64,000 nt of DNA from Candidatus Woesearchaeota archaeon. GTDB taxonomy: Archaea > Nanobdellota > Nanobdellia > Woesearchaeales > UBA9642. Positions within the stretch are counted from its first letter, which is position 1, and every line of letters starts with the position of its first letter. A model generated the notes under the pieces. It made no database searches, was not told where the DNA came from, and was given only the letters and a program-made list of their open reading frames with translations. Positions 1 through 8,906 of the stretch are shown in pieces. A program made the translations under genes and the position numbers. The stretch spans positions 560 through 64,559 of the forward strand of contig JAFGLI010000022.1 of NCBI GenBank assembly GCA_016928115.1. Reading direction: 5' to 3'.

Positions 1-22
1 AAAAGCACTCGGCATCGATGAA

Positions 23-2797
23 ATGCTAAATGCTTATATTATACAGGGAGGAGTGATGCCCCAGATTATGTCATTTTATGGAAAATTAAAGAAAAACAGG
101 GCAAGAATGGCAGGCATCTATAAAGGTAAAGGCAAGGACCAGGAATCTGCTGAGGATGAAGCAAGGAAATTTAAGTCACTTATTGAATCTGCAACAAAAA
201 AGAAAATAAACCGCAAAATGGTAAAAACCATAGATGAAAAGATTATCGGAACCATTAATTCAGTTCCTGAAGCAGCAAGAAGCGTTCCTCATGAAGCAGC
301 GCATTTGGTTTACAATATTCCAAGCAACATCCCAATATTCTTCCAGGAAAGCTATAATGACCGTTTCAACAAAGATGAAATTGAAGATATATTACTAAAA
401 AGATATAACCTTGCTATGAAAGAAGCAGAAAAAGCAGAAGGCCAATTGCCTGGATTAGAAGATAAATTAGCAAATGTCAAAGAAAACATAGCTCATTATT
501 CCCTGGACGTATTTATGGGAAATTATATAATCAACTATTTCAACGGAAAGAAAAGCGAGGATATCCCAAAAGGAAAAGAATTAAGAGAGTATATCAAAAA
601 TAATATCTTTCCTGAAGAAAAAGAAGAAAAAATAAAGAAATCATTTAAAAAATTATTTCTTAAGAATTTCGGAAAAGAAGATGAATTCGAAAGATGCTAT
701 GAAGAGGCTTTACTTAGATATGTTTTCAGTAACTCAATATCAAATATAGATAACATTAAAGAGCGTTTTATAAGGGATGAGCATAATAAAAAAGATAATC
801 TTGAGAAAAAACCTACCTTAGAAAACAGAATCGCAGAATATCAGAAACTTATTGAAACTATGGCTGTGGAAGAATCAGAAAGAATTGCTTGGTTTACTAA
901 AAGATATGCCCTCAATAATTCAGATGCTAAAATTATCAGCTATACTTCCAAGCAGGACTATAAGCTTAATTATACGGATATAATATTCCCAAAATTAGAA
1001 GAACTGGTCGGAAGAAAGCTTAACCTGCACCATATAAGCGACCTTGACATTTCTGTCTATATTCCTGACCCAGGCCAGTTATATGGTATGAATGAATATC
1101 CTAATTCAAAGTTATATGGAACAATAATAAGCCTGGTTCCAAGTACAAATATATTTTCTGCAAATTCCAATGAGCCTCTTCAAAATTCTTTAATTCAATT
1201 ACAGAAAAAACATGAAGGCTCAATTGCTGTAAGGATTAAAAACAACATCCAAAAGCCTAAAAAATGGGTTAATGATGAATGTAAATACAGCACAAAAGCT
1301 TTTTCTGACTTATTGATAACGAGCTGGGGTGCAGAGGGCCTGCATTTTATGCCTAAACTGGTTGTTGCACCAACAAGAATAAAGGGAGAATATAGGGATG
1401 AGATTGAAACTGCAGTTTATATGAAGCTGCCTACAAGGCATGACACTAAAAAACTAGCCATATTGTCTAAAAAAGGAAATGTTGGGACATGGGAAGTAAA
1501 AAGGCTCCATAAAGGAGGACCCACAACAGGAAATGCTTATTTTATAGAACATGCTGACAGGAGCAAGGAAGGTATTTTTGTTGATGATTGTGTATATGAA
1601 GAAATAGCAGATAAATACAGTGAAAAACTTAAAAAATATGAAGGAAAATTATCAAGAGCCAAAACAAGAAAAACAAAGAAAAAATGGAAAGACAAGATTG
1701 AGGATGTATATAAAAACATAAAGACTGAATATGGTGAATTATATAATATATTGATGAGCAATGACCATCATTTCGGTGCTTATAATTATCCGGGAAGGCC
1801 AACCAATGTGGACTGCACCAGGTCAACTCACCAGGTGGCTTTGCAAACATACGGCCTTGGACTAATAGATGTTGTTGCAGGGACAGAATTTCTGCATGGT
1901 ATTCTTGCATATGGCGGCTATGACTCTAAGATGGAAGGAAAGCTTGAAGACCCTGAAAGCTTCAGGTCAAATCTTGAAGCATTGATAAAGGGGATGGAAA
2001 ATAAGGGTTATCCCAGAACAAAAATAATAGAAACTGTTGAAAAACATGTAAATGAAAAAATGAATTCTAAAGCCACTTTTAGATTAAGTGAGCAAATAAG
2101 CATGTTTAAGACTGTTTTAAAAGACATGTTTACAGAAATGATGGATAATAATATTCCTGTAAAGATAGGCTCGGGAAACCATTGGGATCAGTCTGTTTAC
2201 GGATTGGATGAAGCAGACCTTCTTGTAGAATTATTTGATGATAAATATAAAAAAATGGGATTGATTGAAGCTATACGGGCAGATGGTGAATCCTACACAA
2301 TTGATAGTATAAAACTGCCAAGTAAAGAAGGAACTAAAATAAACGCCATACTTGGACATAAAATGTGGTCCGGAAGCACAGAAATATCCAATCTTTCCAA
2401 GCAGGCCCTTGGTAATAAAGAAAATGCAACAATCTATCTTACAGCAGACAGGCATCATCCGGGAATGGTTGTTGAAAAAGAAAAACTGTATGTGCTTGAC
2501 TGTGGAAAACAAACATTTATACCTTATGTTCTTCAGATAGGAAAAGCAAGCTCTGTAAGAGGAACTACTGTGGTTGGATATAACCCAAACAGAAAACCAA
2601 TATATTCAATGAGGTTCTTTCTGGATAGTGTTGTTGACAGAGTAATAGGATGGAAAAACAAATCAGAGATACTTGGAGGAACTCAGGGAATAATATCAGA
2701 AGAACTTATAAAGGTTTACGGGAAAAAACCAGAAGACCTTTACCACAAAAGGGGCAACGGCAACAATAACGGAAATAATATAAAAACCATGATTTAA
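23..2797 (+). CDS. Large hypothetical protein (924 aa in window; reading frame is open to the window edge, so may be 5'-truncated)
   Basis: Long uninterrupted ORF. No Walker A or recognisable family motifs. Contains an HEAAH (HExxH-like) motif near aa 90. Antisense ORFs inside are low complexity. Confidence 0.55.
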   Translation: MLNAYIIQGGVMPQIMSFYGKLKKNRARMAGIYKGKGKDQESAEDEARKFKSLIESATKKKINRKMVKTIDEKIIGTINSVPEAARSVPHEAAHLVYNIPSNIPIFFQESYNDRFNKDEIEDILLKRYNLAMKEAEKAEGQLPGLEDKLANVKENIAHYSLDVFMGNYIINYFNGKKSEDIPKGKELREYIKNNIFPEEKEEKIKKSFKKLFLKNFGKEDEFERCYEEALLRYVFSNSISNIDNIKERFIRDEHNKKDNLEKKPTLENRIAEYQKLIETMAVEESERIAWFTKRYALNNSDAKIISYTSKQDYKLNYTDIIFPKLEELVGRKLNLHHISDLDISVYIPDPGQLYGMNEYPNSKLYGTIISLVPSTNIFSANSNEPLQNSLIQLQKKHEGSIAVRIKNNIQKPKKWVNDECKYSTKAFSDLLITSWGAEGLHFMPKLVVAPTRIKGEYRDEIETAVYMKLPTRHDTKKLAILSKKGNVGTWEVKRLHKGGPTTGNAYFIEHADRSKEGIFVDDCVYEEIADKYSEKLKKYEGKLSRAKTRKTKKKWKDKIEDVYKNIKTEYGELYNILMSNDHHFGAYNYPGRPTNVDCTRSTHQVALQTYGLGLIDVVAGTEFLHGILAYGGYDSKMEGKLEDPESFRSNLEALIKGMENKGYPRTKIIETVEKHVNEKMNSKATFRLSEQISMFKTVLKDMFTEMMDNNIPVKIGSGNHWDQSVYGLDEADLLVELFDDKYKKMGLIEAIRADGESYTIDSIKLPSKEGTKINAILGHKMWSGSTEISNLSKQALGNKENATIYLTADRHHPGMVVEKEKLYVLDCGKQTFIPYVLQIGKASSVRGTTVVGYNPNRKPIYSMRFFLDSVVDRVIGWKNKSEILGGTQGIISEELIKVYGKKPEDLYHKRGNGNNNGNNIKTMI

Positions 2798-2890
2798 TTT
2801 TTCTTATTTTATTTTTATCCTAATTTAATTTTTAAAGAATATTTTGCAATATAGAAAAATATTTAAAAATTCATATTATTAAAAGAAAAA

Positions 2891-3223
2891 ATGAAAAAAA
2901 GAGGAAGGCCTCTGGGCTCGGAAATAAGGCAGAATATTATTGAGATAGTTTATTTTATGAAAAAAGCCTACGGCTATGAAATATACAAAGAATATAATCA
3001 AATATTTCCTAAAATAAGCATGAGGTCAATCTATTATAATTTAAAAAAAGGAACTGAAACAGACGAGTTCATAATCAATAAAATAAAAACAAAAAAAGGA
3101 GATTATTCATGGGGCAGGGAATCTGAGGTAATCCAGTACAAATTAGGAAAAAATGCAATGCCTAAAATCCCTGATAATGTTAAAAAGCATTTCAATAAAA
3201 AAGAGGAAAAGGAGTTGCATTGA
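2891..3223 (+). CDS. PadR-like winged-helix transcriptional regulator (110 aa)
   Basis: 'GYEIYKEYNQIFPKISMRSIYYNLKKG' resembles the PadR wHTH core. Last 3 codons and TGA stop lie inside repeat element copy 1. Confidence 0.5.
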   Translation: MKKRGRPLGSEIRQNIIEIVYFMKKAYGYEIYKEYNQIFPKISMRSIYYNLKKGTETDEFIINKIKTKKGDYSWGRESEVIQYKLGKNAMPKIPDNVKKHFNKKEEKELH

Positions 3224-3384
3224 AAAAATCCTACTACGCTCATCACAACCCCACACTTTGTATGGGAACGTGGTAAGCTAAGTCTGGCCATGCCATGATT
3301 GCCAAAAAACAATCAATGACATTCACGGCACAGACGCACTTTTTCAATGCAACTGAGGAAAAAGAAAACATTAATAAATGAAAT
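3196..3384 (+). repeat. Repeat cassette copy 1: A-rich coding tail + stop, ~140-nt structured core, conserved 3' flank 'attaataaatgaaat'
   Basis: Aligns by eye to 18905..19113 across the full length with few substitutions. Differences are concentrated in predicted loops. Confidence 0.6.
3214..3353 (+). ncRNA. Candidate structured RNA/DNA element, copy 1 (unknown family)
   Basis: 14-bp terminal stem: gttgcattgaaaaa (3214-3227) pairs with tttttcaatgcaac (3340-3353). Internal helices: cccaca/tatggg, gtctggcc/ggcacagac with a 1-nt bulge, tgattg/caatca. Visibly GC-richer than its surroundings. Coding polarity unknown; the + strand follows the upstream gene. Confidence 0.45.
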
Positions 3385-3411
3385 AAGATAACAAAAAACA
3401 GGGTATTTAAA

Positions 3412-4038
3412 ATGATTGAAAAGATAAAAAAACTGCTGAACAATCCTGATAAATTCTTCGATAAATTAGTAAAAGAAAATGATATTGTAGAGCATCTTAA
3501 ATTTTACTTAATATTGGCTGCTTTTTATACATTCTTTTTCGGCATTTATTATGCAGGAGATATAACTGAAACCACAGTTTCTATGGGATTTTTAATAATA
3601 AGTATTGTATTGATGATGGTTTTCATATATATTATGAATACTGCATGGATTTTCATAAACTCAGCCATATTTTACTTATTCCTCTTGTTATTCCAGCCCA
3701 AAGGAAACTACCAGAAAACATTCAACGTTTTTGTCTATTCATATGTCCCTGTACTGGTGTTCTTTCCGTTTATATTTATAATAGGCATTTTAACAATGTT
3801 AATCCCGCAAACCACAATAGTGATGATTATAGATATTGTTTTGGTATTAATAATGCTGGGAATATTGATATACACAATATACCTTAACCTGCTGGGGCAG
3901 AGCAAGGCGCATAAAATAGAGAAATGGAAGGTTTTTGTTGCAGGCTATGTAATACCTTTTGTTATTTTCTTTGTCCTTGCATTATTACTGACTTTTTTTA
4001 TTATAGGTCTAAGCAGCTTATTTTCAACAGCAATATAA
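3412..4038 (+). CDS. Yip1-domain family membrane protein (208 aa)
   Basis: N-terminal 'LLNNPDKFFDKL' followed by about 5 predicted TM helices, which is typical Yip1/DUF1282 architecture. Confidence 0.5.
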   Translation: MIEKIKKLLNNPDKFFDKLVKENDIVEHLKFYLILAAFYTFFFGIYYAGDITETTVSMGFLIISIVLMMVFIYIMNTAWIFINSAIFYLFLLLFQPKGNYQKTFNVFVYSYVPVLVFFPFIFIIGILTMLIPQTTIVMIIDIVLVLIMLGILIYTIYLNLLGQSKAHKIEKWKVFVAGYVIPFVIFFVLALLLTFFIIGLSSLFSTAI

Positions 4039-4051
4039 AGGTGAACTACTA

Positions 4052-5524
4052 ATGGAAGAAACAGAAAAACTCTTGCAGTTTTTGCAAAAAGAAGGTTTCA
4101 TATGGGGACCTGAGCCTGAAATCTATGGAGGAAAAGCAGGTTTTTACACCTATGCGCCCATGGGAAAATTATTGAAAAATAATGTTGAAAATTACATAAG
4201 AAAACACTTTCAGGAGGAAAATTTCTGGGAAGTGGAATGCCCAACAATAATGCCTAAAATAGTGTGGAAAGCATCAGGCCATTTAGACAGCTTCACAGAT
4301 AAAGTCGTGGAATGCAAAAACTGCAGCTCAAGCTTCAAGGCTGATGAGTTTGTGGATGAGATAAATGTAAAAGACCTTAAAAAATTCTTTAAGGAAAAAA
4401 AGATAAAATGCCCTAACTGCGGCTCTGTCTTAAGCCCTGACTTAAAAGAGCATAATCTGATGATGAAAACAACCATAGGCTTAGATGAAGAAGCATATTT
4501 CAGGCCTGAAACAGCCACAACAACATACCTTCCATTCAAAAGGTATTACGAGCATTTCAGGAAAAAATTACCATTCGGAGTATTTCAGATAGGAAAAGCC
4601 TACAGGAATGAGATAAGCCCGAGAAAATCCCTGATAAGGCTCAGAGAGTTTATACAGGCAGAAGCCCAGATGTTTATATTTGAAAAACAGAAAAACTCAT
4701 TTAAAAAATATGAGAAATACAAGAACCTTAAGATTCCTTTGCTGCCTGAAGAAGCCCAGGGCAAAAAAGAGCAGGCAAAGAAGATAACCTTAAACGAGGC
4801 TTTGAAGAAAAAACATTTCAAGAGCAAAGCCTATGCTTATGCAATAGCCTTAACCTATGAATTATTTAAAGGGTTAGGCATTGAGGAAAAGAACATAAGG
4901 TTCAGGGAGCATCCATCGGCAGAAAAGATATTCTACGCATATGAAGCATGGGATTTAGAGGTTAAGCTCAATACATTCGGATGGACAGAGATGGTGGGAG
5001 TGCATGACAGGACTGATTATGACTTAAAGCAGCACCAGAAATTCTCAAACCAGCCAATGTCTGTATTTAATATTGAAAATAATGAAAAAGAAATACCTAA
5101 TATAATTGAGATAGCATTCGGCTGCGACAGGCCCATATATGCACTGTTTGACCTGTTTTATGATGTGAAAAGCAGGGAAAAGGGTAAAACTATATTTAAG
5201 GTTCCTGTTCATCTATCACCTGTTAAAATAGCTGTCCTGCCTTTGGTAAACAAAGATAAGATTCCTGAAATGGCTGAAAGCATCTATAAAGAACTGAATG
5301 AAAACACAGACTTAACAGTAAGTTATGATGACACTGCATCAATAGGAAAAAGATATCTAAGGCAGACAATGAAAGGGACTGCCTTATGCTTAACAGTTGA
5401 TTATGACTCACTGAAAGACAAAACAGTTACTTTAAGGGAAAGAGATACAGGAAAGCAGATAAGAGTAAAAAGAAAAGATATTATTGAAAAGGTTAATTTA
5501 TTCTTAAAGAAAGGGAAGTTTTAA
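4052..5524 (+). CDS. glyS: Glycyl-tRNA synthetase (class II, archaeal/eukaryotic alpha2 type)
   Basis: N-terminal 'IWGPEPEIYGGKAGFYTYAPMG' and motif 2 'FRNEISPRKSLIRLREFIQAE' match GlyRS. C-terminal anticodon-binding domain present. Contains a CKNC...CPNC Cys4 insertion. Confidence 0.7.
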   Translation: MEETEKLLQFLQKEGFIWGPEPEIYGGKAGFYTYAPMGKLLKNNVENYIRKHFQEENFWEVECPTIMPKIVWKASGHLDSFTDKVVECKNCSSSFKADEFVDEINVKDLKKFFKEKKIKCPNCGSVLSPDLKEHNLMMKTTIGLDEEAYFRPETATTTYLPFKRYYEHFRKKLPFGVFQIGKAYRNEISPRKSLIRLREFIQAEAQMFIFEKQKNSFKKYEKYKNLKIPLLPEEAQGKKEQAKKITLNEALKKKHFKSKAYAYAIALTYELFKGLGIEEKNIRFREHPSAEKIFYAYEAWDLEVKLNTFGWTEMVGVHDRTDYDLKQHQKFSNQPMSVFNIENNEKEIPNIIEIAFGCDRPIYALFDLFYDVKSREKGKTIFKVPVHLSPVKIAVLPLVNKDKIPEMAESIYKELNENTDLTVSYDDTASIGKRYLRQTMKGTALCLTVDYDSLKDKTVTLRERDTGKQIRVKRKDIIEKVNLFLKKGKF

Positions 5525-6586
5525 TTATTTTAAATATCCTAATTTTTCTGAAGCTATTATAAACATTGAATGGCTCCAGCATAAAGGAGAAACAGATTCC
5601 TGAATATTATTATCAAATAACTGCTCTGGAATATATTTTTCAAATTTTCTAATATATTTTTCAAATATTTTTTTAGATTCTTCTTTTTGCCCTATTTCTG
5701 AAAGTGCAATTATATACCAAAAAGTTAAAATGGGCCAGCCTCCTCCTCCTTTCTTGCAATAAGACAAGTTTTCCACTCTTCCCCCGTATTCATCATTTTC
5801 ATATCTTTTTATTCCCTGCTCGGTTAAAAGTTTCTTTTTTACGATTTCTATAGAATTAAGAAGTTTTTTGTCTTTTTTTAATATATTAAAAGGCCAGACT
5901 AATCCTAAAACACTTGCATCAATTCTCTTATCTGGTATTTTTCCCCATAACCTGCAGTAGTAATCACCTTTAAATTCTTCAAGAGTTTTTTTCATTTCTT
6001 GACTAACTTTAAGCCATTTATTATCTCCTAATTTTTCATATGCTTTTTTTAAACCAAAACTACATGCTGCTAAGGTATAACTAAAGTTATCCTCTAAACT
6101 TGGAAATGTTCTTCTTTCTTCCCATAAATCATAAGTGTCTATGTTAAAATGTTTGCCCCCCCAGTTTTTACAAATACCATCTGCTAAAAGTTTAATGACT
6201 TCTTTGGTTTCTTTATTTAAATTTTCATTTGTTTTTGTTAATACCCATAACAAAGCTCCTGCCTGATCAGGTTGGTATTGACTTGCTCCCATATTTCTCC
6301 TTCCATGTGTGTCATATCTCTGAAAAAGCATGCCACTTTCTGAGAAATGTTCTGCTCTTGTTATAAGCCATTTAAGAAATAATTCTTTAATATTTTTTAT
6401 TCCTAATAATTCAGAAGCACATATTGTAAAAGATGCATCTCTCGGCCATACAAATCTATAATTAGTTACAGTTTTTGGATAATATGGTTTATCAGTATCA
6501 GCAGCTATAATAGCACCATTTTCTAAACTGCAATTTTTTATTACTTCTTTGCTTGTTTTTAATAAATTCTTTATTTTTTCTTCCAT
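5525..6586 (-). CDS. GH15-family glucoamylase/glucodextranase-like (alpha/alpha)6-barrel glycosidase
   Basis: 'NGAIIAA...YRFVWPRDAS' matches the GH15 catalytic-domain signature (Y-x-W-x-RD-A/S). Confidence 0.6.
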   Translation of the reverse strand: MEEKIKNLLKTSKEVIKNCSLENGAIIAADTDKPYYPKTVTNYRFVWPRDASFTICASELLGIKNIKELFLKWLITRAEHFSESGMLFQRYDTHGRRNMGASQYQPDQAGALLWVLTKTNENLNKETKEVIKLLADGICKNWGGKHFNIDTYDLWEERRTFPSLEDNFSYTLAACSFGLKKAYEKLGDNKWLKVSQEMKKTLEEFKGDYYCRLWGKIPDKRIDASVLGLVWPFNILKKDKKLLNSIEIVKKKLLTEQGIKRYENDEYGGRVENLSYCKKGGGGWPILTFWYIIALSEIGQKEESKKIFEKYIRKFEKYIPEQLFDNNIQESVSPLCWSHSMFIIASEKLGYLK

Positions 6587-6722
6587 TATAATTATATATT
6601 AGAAATATAACTAATATTTAAATATTAACCAATAAGAATAAAATATATTAAAAGTTTCCAACGAAAGATTTAAATAATAAATGTAAATTTCTTATATTCA
6701 TATAAAAAGAGGTTTATTTTTA

Positions 6723-8372
6723 ATGAAAATAAATATTCTTATAGGAGGAAAAGCAGGCCAAGGTGCAAATGCAGCTGCTATTCTTTTAGGGGAAATATTA
6801 ACAGAATACGGCTATTATGTCTTTAATTACAGGGACTACCCTTCTTTAATAAGGGGAGGAAATAATTTCAATATTGTTGCTGTTTCCAACAGGAAGATAA
6901 AATCCCACGACAAAAAGGTTCAGCTAATTGTGGCTCTGGATGAGAATACAATAAAAGAGCATAAGACAGGAGTAAACAAAAACACACCTGTAATAAGCAT
7001 AAAAGATGTTTATATGGATGATAAATTCAAGAAAGTCTCAAATGTTTTTATTTTAGGGTTACTTCTTAAATTTCTGGATTTGCCTTTGGATTTACTGATA
7101 AAAAAACTTGAGGAAATATTTAAAGGAAAAAAATTCCTGCCTCTGGACAAAGAAGCAGCAGAATCAGGTTATAATGCTGACATGAAAAAGCTTAAGCTCA
7201 CAAAATCAGAGATAAACAGGCTTGACATAAGGGCTAAATTAAGAAAGCCTGCTCATAAAAATCTCAGGCTTCTTTCAGGGAGCGATGCCATTGCAAAAGG
7301 TGCCATAAAATCAGGGATTGACATTTACCTTGCTTACCCAATGACTCCGGCAACACCTGTTTTACATTTACTTGCAGGAAGACAGGAAAAAGATAATATA
7401 ACTGTATTCCTGGCTGAAAACGAGATAGCTGTGGCAAATGCAGCTTTGGGCTCATCACATACAGGAGCAAGAACGATGGTAGGAACCTCAGGCGGTGGTT
7501 ATGATTTAATGACAGAAGCAATGAGCATGCAGGGAATCTCAGAGATTCCTTTGGTTGTATACTTAGCGCAAAGGCCAGGCCCTGGCTCAGGGGTACCTAC
7601 ATATACAGGACAGGGTGATTTGAATATCGCGTTAAATGCAAGCCATGGTGAATTTCCAAGAGTTGTTATTGCGCCCGGGGATGTGGAAGAATCCATAAAA
7701 TGCACAAACGAGGCCTTTTATTTTGCTGAAAAATACAGGGCTTTATCAATATTGCTTGGGGATAAGCATGTTTCAGAATCCCAGTTTACATATGAAAAAG
7801 AGCCGAAACTGATAAAAGTCAAAAGGAACATAGACCTAAAAAAAGTAAACGGGCTTTACAAAAACTATGATTTCACAAAAAACGGTAACAGCAAAAGAAG
7901 TGTTCCTTCTGTAAATATTGTTAAGTCAACAAGCTATGAGCATGATGAAAAAGGGATTACAATAGAGGATGCTAATATGGCTAAAAAGATGTATGATAAA
8001 AGGCTGAGAAAAGAAGAAACTATGAAAAAAGAAGTCAAAAAATTCCAGACATACAAGATTCACGGCAGAAAAACCAGCAAAAACCTCATTGTGGGCTGGG
8101 GCTCAACCAAGGGAGCAATAATAGATGCTATTCATGACATGGATGCAAAATTTTTACAATTAATATACATAAAGCCATTTCCAAAGGAAGTCAGAAAATA
8201 CCTGGAAAATGCAAAAAAGGTTATTCTGGTTGAGAATAATGCAACAGGTTTGCTTAGCCAGGAAATAAGAAAGGAAACAGGCTTTGAGATTAAGGATAAA
8301 ATACTAAGATATGACGGAAGGCCCTTTGAAGAAGATATTTTAAGAGAGGAAATCAAGAAAAAATTAATTTAA
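6723..8372 (+). CDS. 2-oxoacid:ferredoxin oxidoreductase, fused gamma-alpha subunit
   Basis: N-terminal 'GGKAGQGANAAAILLGE' is a gamma-subunit motif. It is followed by an alpha-subunit domain 'SGSDAIAKGAIKSGIDIYLAYPMTPATP'. Confidence 0.8.
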   Translation: MKINILIGGKAGQGANAAAILLGEILTEYGYYVFNYRDYPSLIRGGNNFNIVAVSNRKIKSHDKKVQLIVALDENTIKEHKTGVNKNTPVISIKDVYMDDKFKKVSNVFILGLLLKFLDLPLDLLIKKLEEIFKGKKFLPLDKEAAESGYNADMKKLKLTKSEINRLDIRAKLRKPAHKNLRLLSGSDAIAKGAIKSGIDIYLAYPMTPATPVLHLLAGRQEKDNITVFLAENEIAVANAALGSSHTGARTMVGTSGGGYDLMTEAMSMQGISEIPLVVYLAQRPGPGSGVPTYTGQGDLNIALNASHGEFPRVVIAPGDVEESIKCTNEAFYFAEKYRALSILLGDKHVSESQFTYEKEPKLIKVKRNIDLKKVNGLYKNYDFTKNGNSKRSVPSVNIVKSTSYEHDEKGITIEDANMAKKMYDKRLRKEETMKKEVKKFQTYKIHGRKTSKNLIVGWGSTKGAIIDAIHDMDAKFLQLIYIKPFPKEVRKYLENAKKVILVENNATGLLSQEIRKETGFEIKDKILRYDGRPFEEDILREEIKKKLI

Positions 8373-8380
8373 GGTAAAAA

Positions 8381-8902
8381 ATGAAAAGATTATTTAATTT
8401 TTGGATTTTTGTTTTAATATTGGTTTTATTAATTTATCCATCTTTTGGAGCAGTAGGACCAAAAACTATGGAAATGAGATGCAATAGCACAGGTGGCACA
8501 TATGAGTACTCAGGGAGGATGTTTGGTGAATGTATTTGTCCTGGAAATACCAATGTTTTTGCTGGTTCGTGTTGGGTAATAACTCCTGAAGAAGTGTGTG
8601 AAGGATTAAGAGGAAGAGGGGGTAGAATAGGTGAAGGAATTTTTGATATAAGAGCTGTTACTGGTCCTCAAGGATCTGATTTTGAGTGTAAGAATAATTT
8701 TAAAGACATTACTGATTTAACATGGGATAAAGCAGTTAAATATAATGAAAACATTACAAGTCCTATTCAATTAAAAGAAAATATTAAAGAAGAACTAAGA
8801 AAAGAAAGAGGAATTCCTGATTTAACATATTTTATTTATGGATTAGGAATAATTTTAGTTATAGGTTTAATAATATTTTTTATCAAAAAAAAGAAGTCGT
8901 GA
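8381..8902 (+). CDS. Small secreted/membrane-anchored Cys-containing protein (173 aa) inserted between the OFOR subunit genes
   Basis: N-terminal signal peptide/TM, 8 Cys in the predicted ectodomain, C-terminal TM helix plus a KKKKS tail. RBS-like 'aaggtaaaaaatg' upstream. Confidence 0.45.
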   Translation: MKRLFNFWIFVLILVLLIYPSFGAVGPKTMEMRCNSTGGTYEYSGRMFGECICPGNTNVFAGSCWVITPEEVCEGLRGRGGRIGEGIFDIRAVTGPQGSDFECKNNFKDITDLTWDKAVKYNENITSPIQLKENIKEELRKERGIPDLTYFIYGLGIILVIGLIIFFIKKKKS

Positions 8903-8906
8903 TAAA

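Noticed and set aside
1537-2540. Antisense and short sense ORFs (1537-1761, 1629-1910, 2231-2512, 2352-2540) inside the 924-aa ORF
   Set aside because: Low-complexity Phe/Leu/Ser-rich translations, typical of the complement of AT-rich coding DNA. They are nested fully within a long, well-behaved ORF.
3214-3353. C/D-box sRNA, H/ACA sRNA or retron msr/msd interpretations of the repeat core
   Set aside because: - 'atgattg' is one mismatch from a C box but is central rather than 5'-terminal.
- There is no ACA box 3 nt from the 3' end.
- No reverse transcriptase gene is nearby.
None of these fits, so the family is left open.
3103-3443. Minus-strand ORFs (69 and 66 aa) overlapping repeat element copy 1
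   Set aside because: There is no equivalent ORF across copy 2. Conservation between the copies follows base pairing, not codons, so the element is treated as non-coding.
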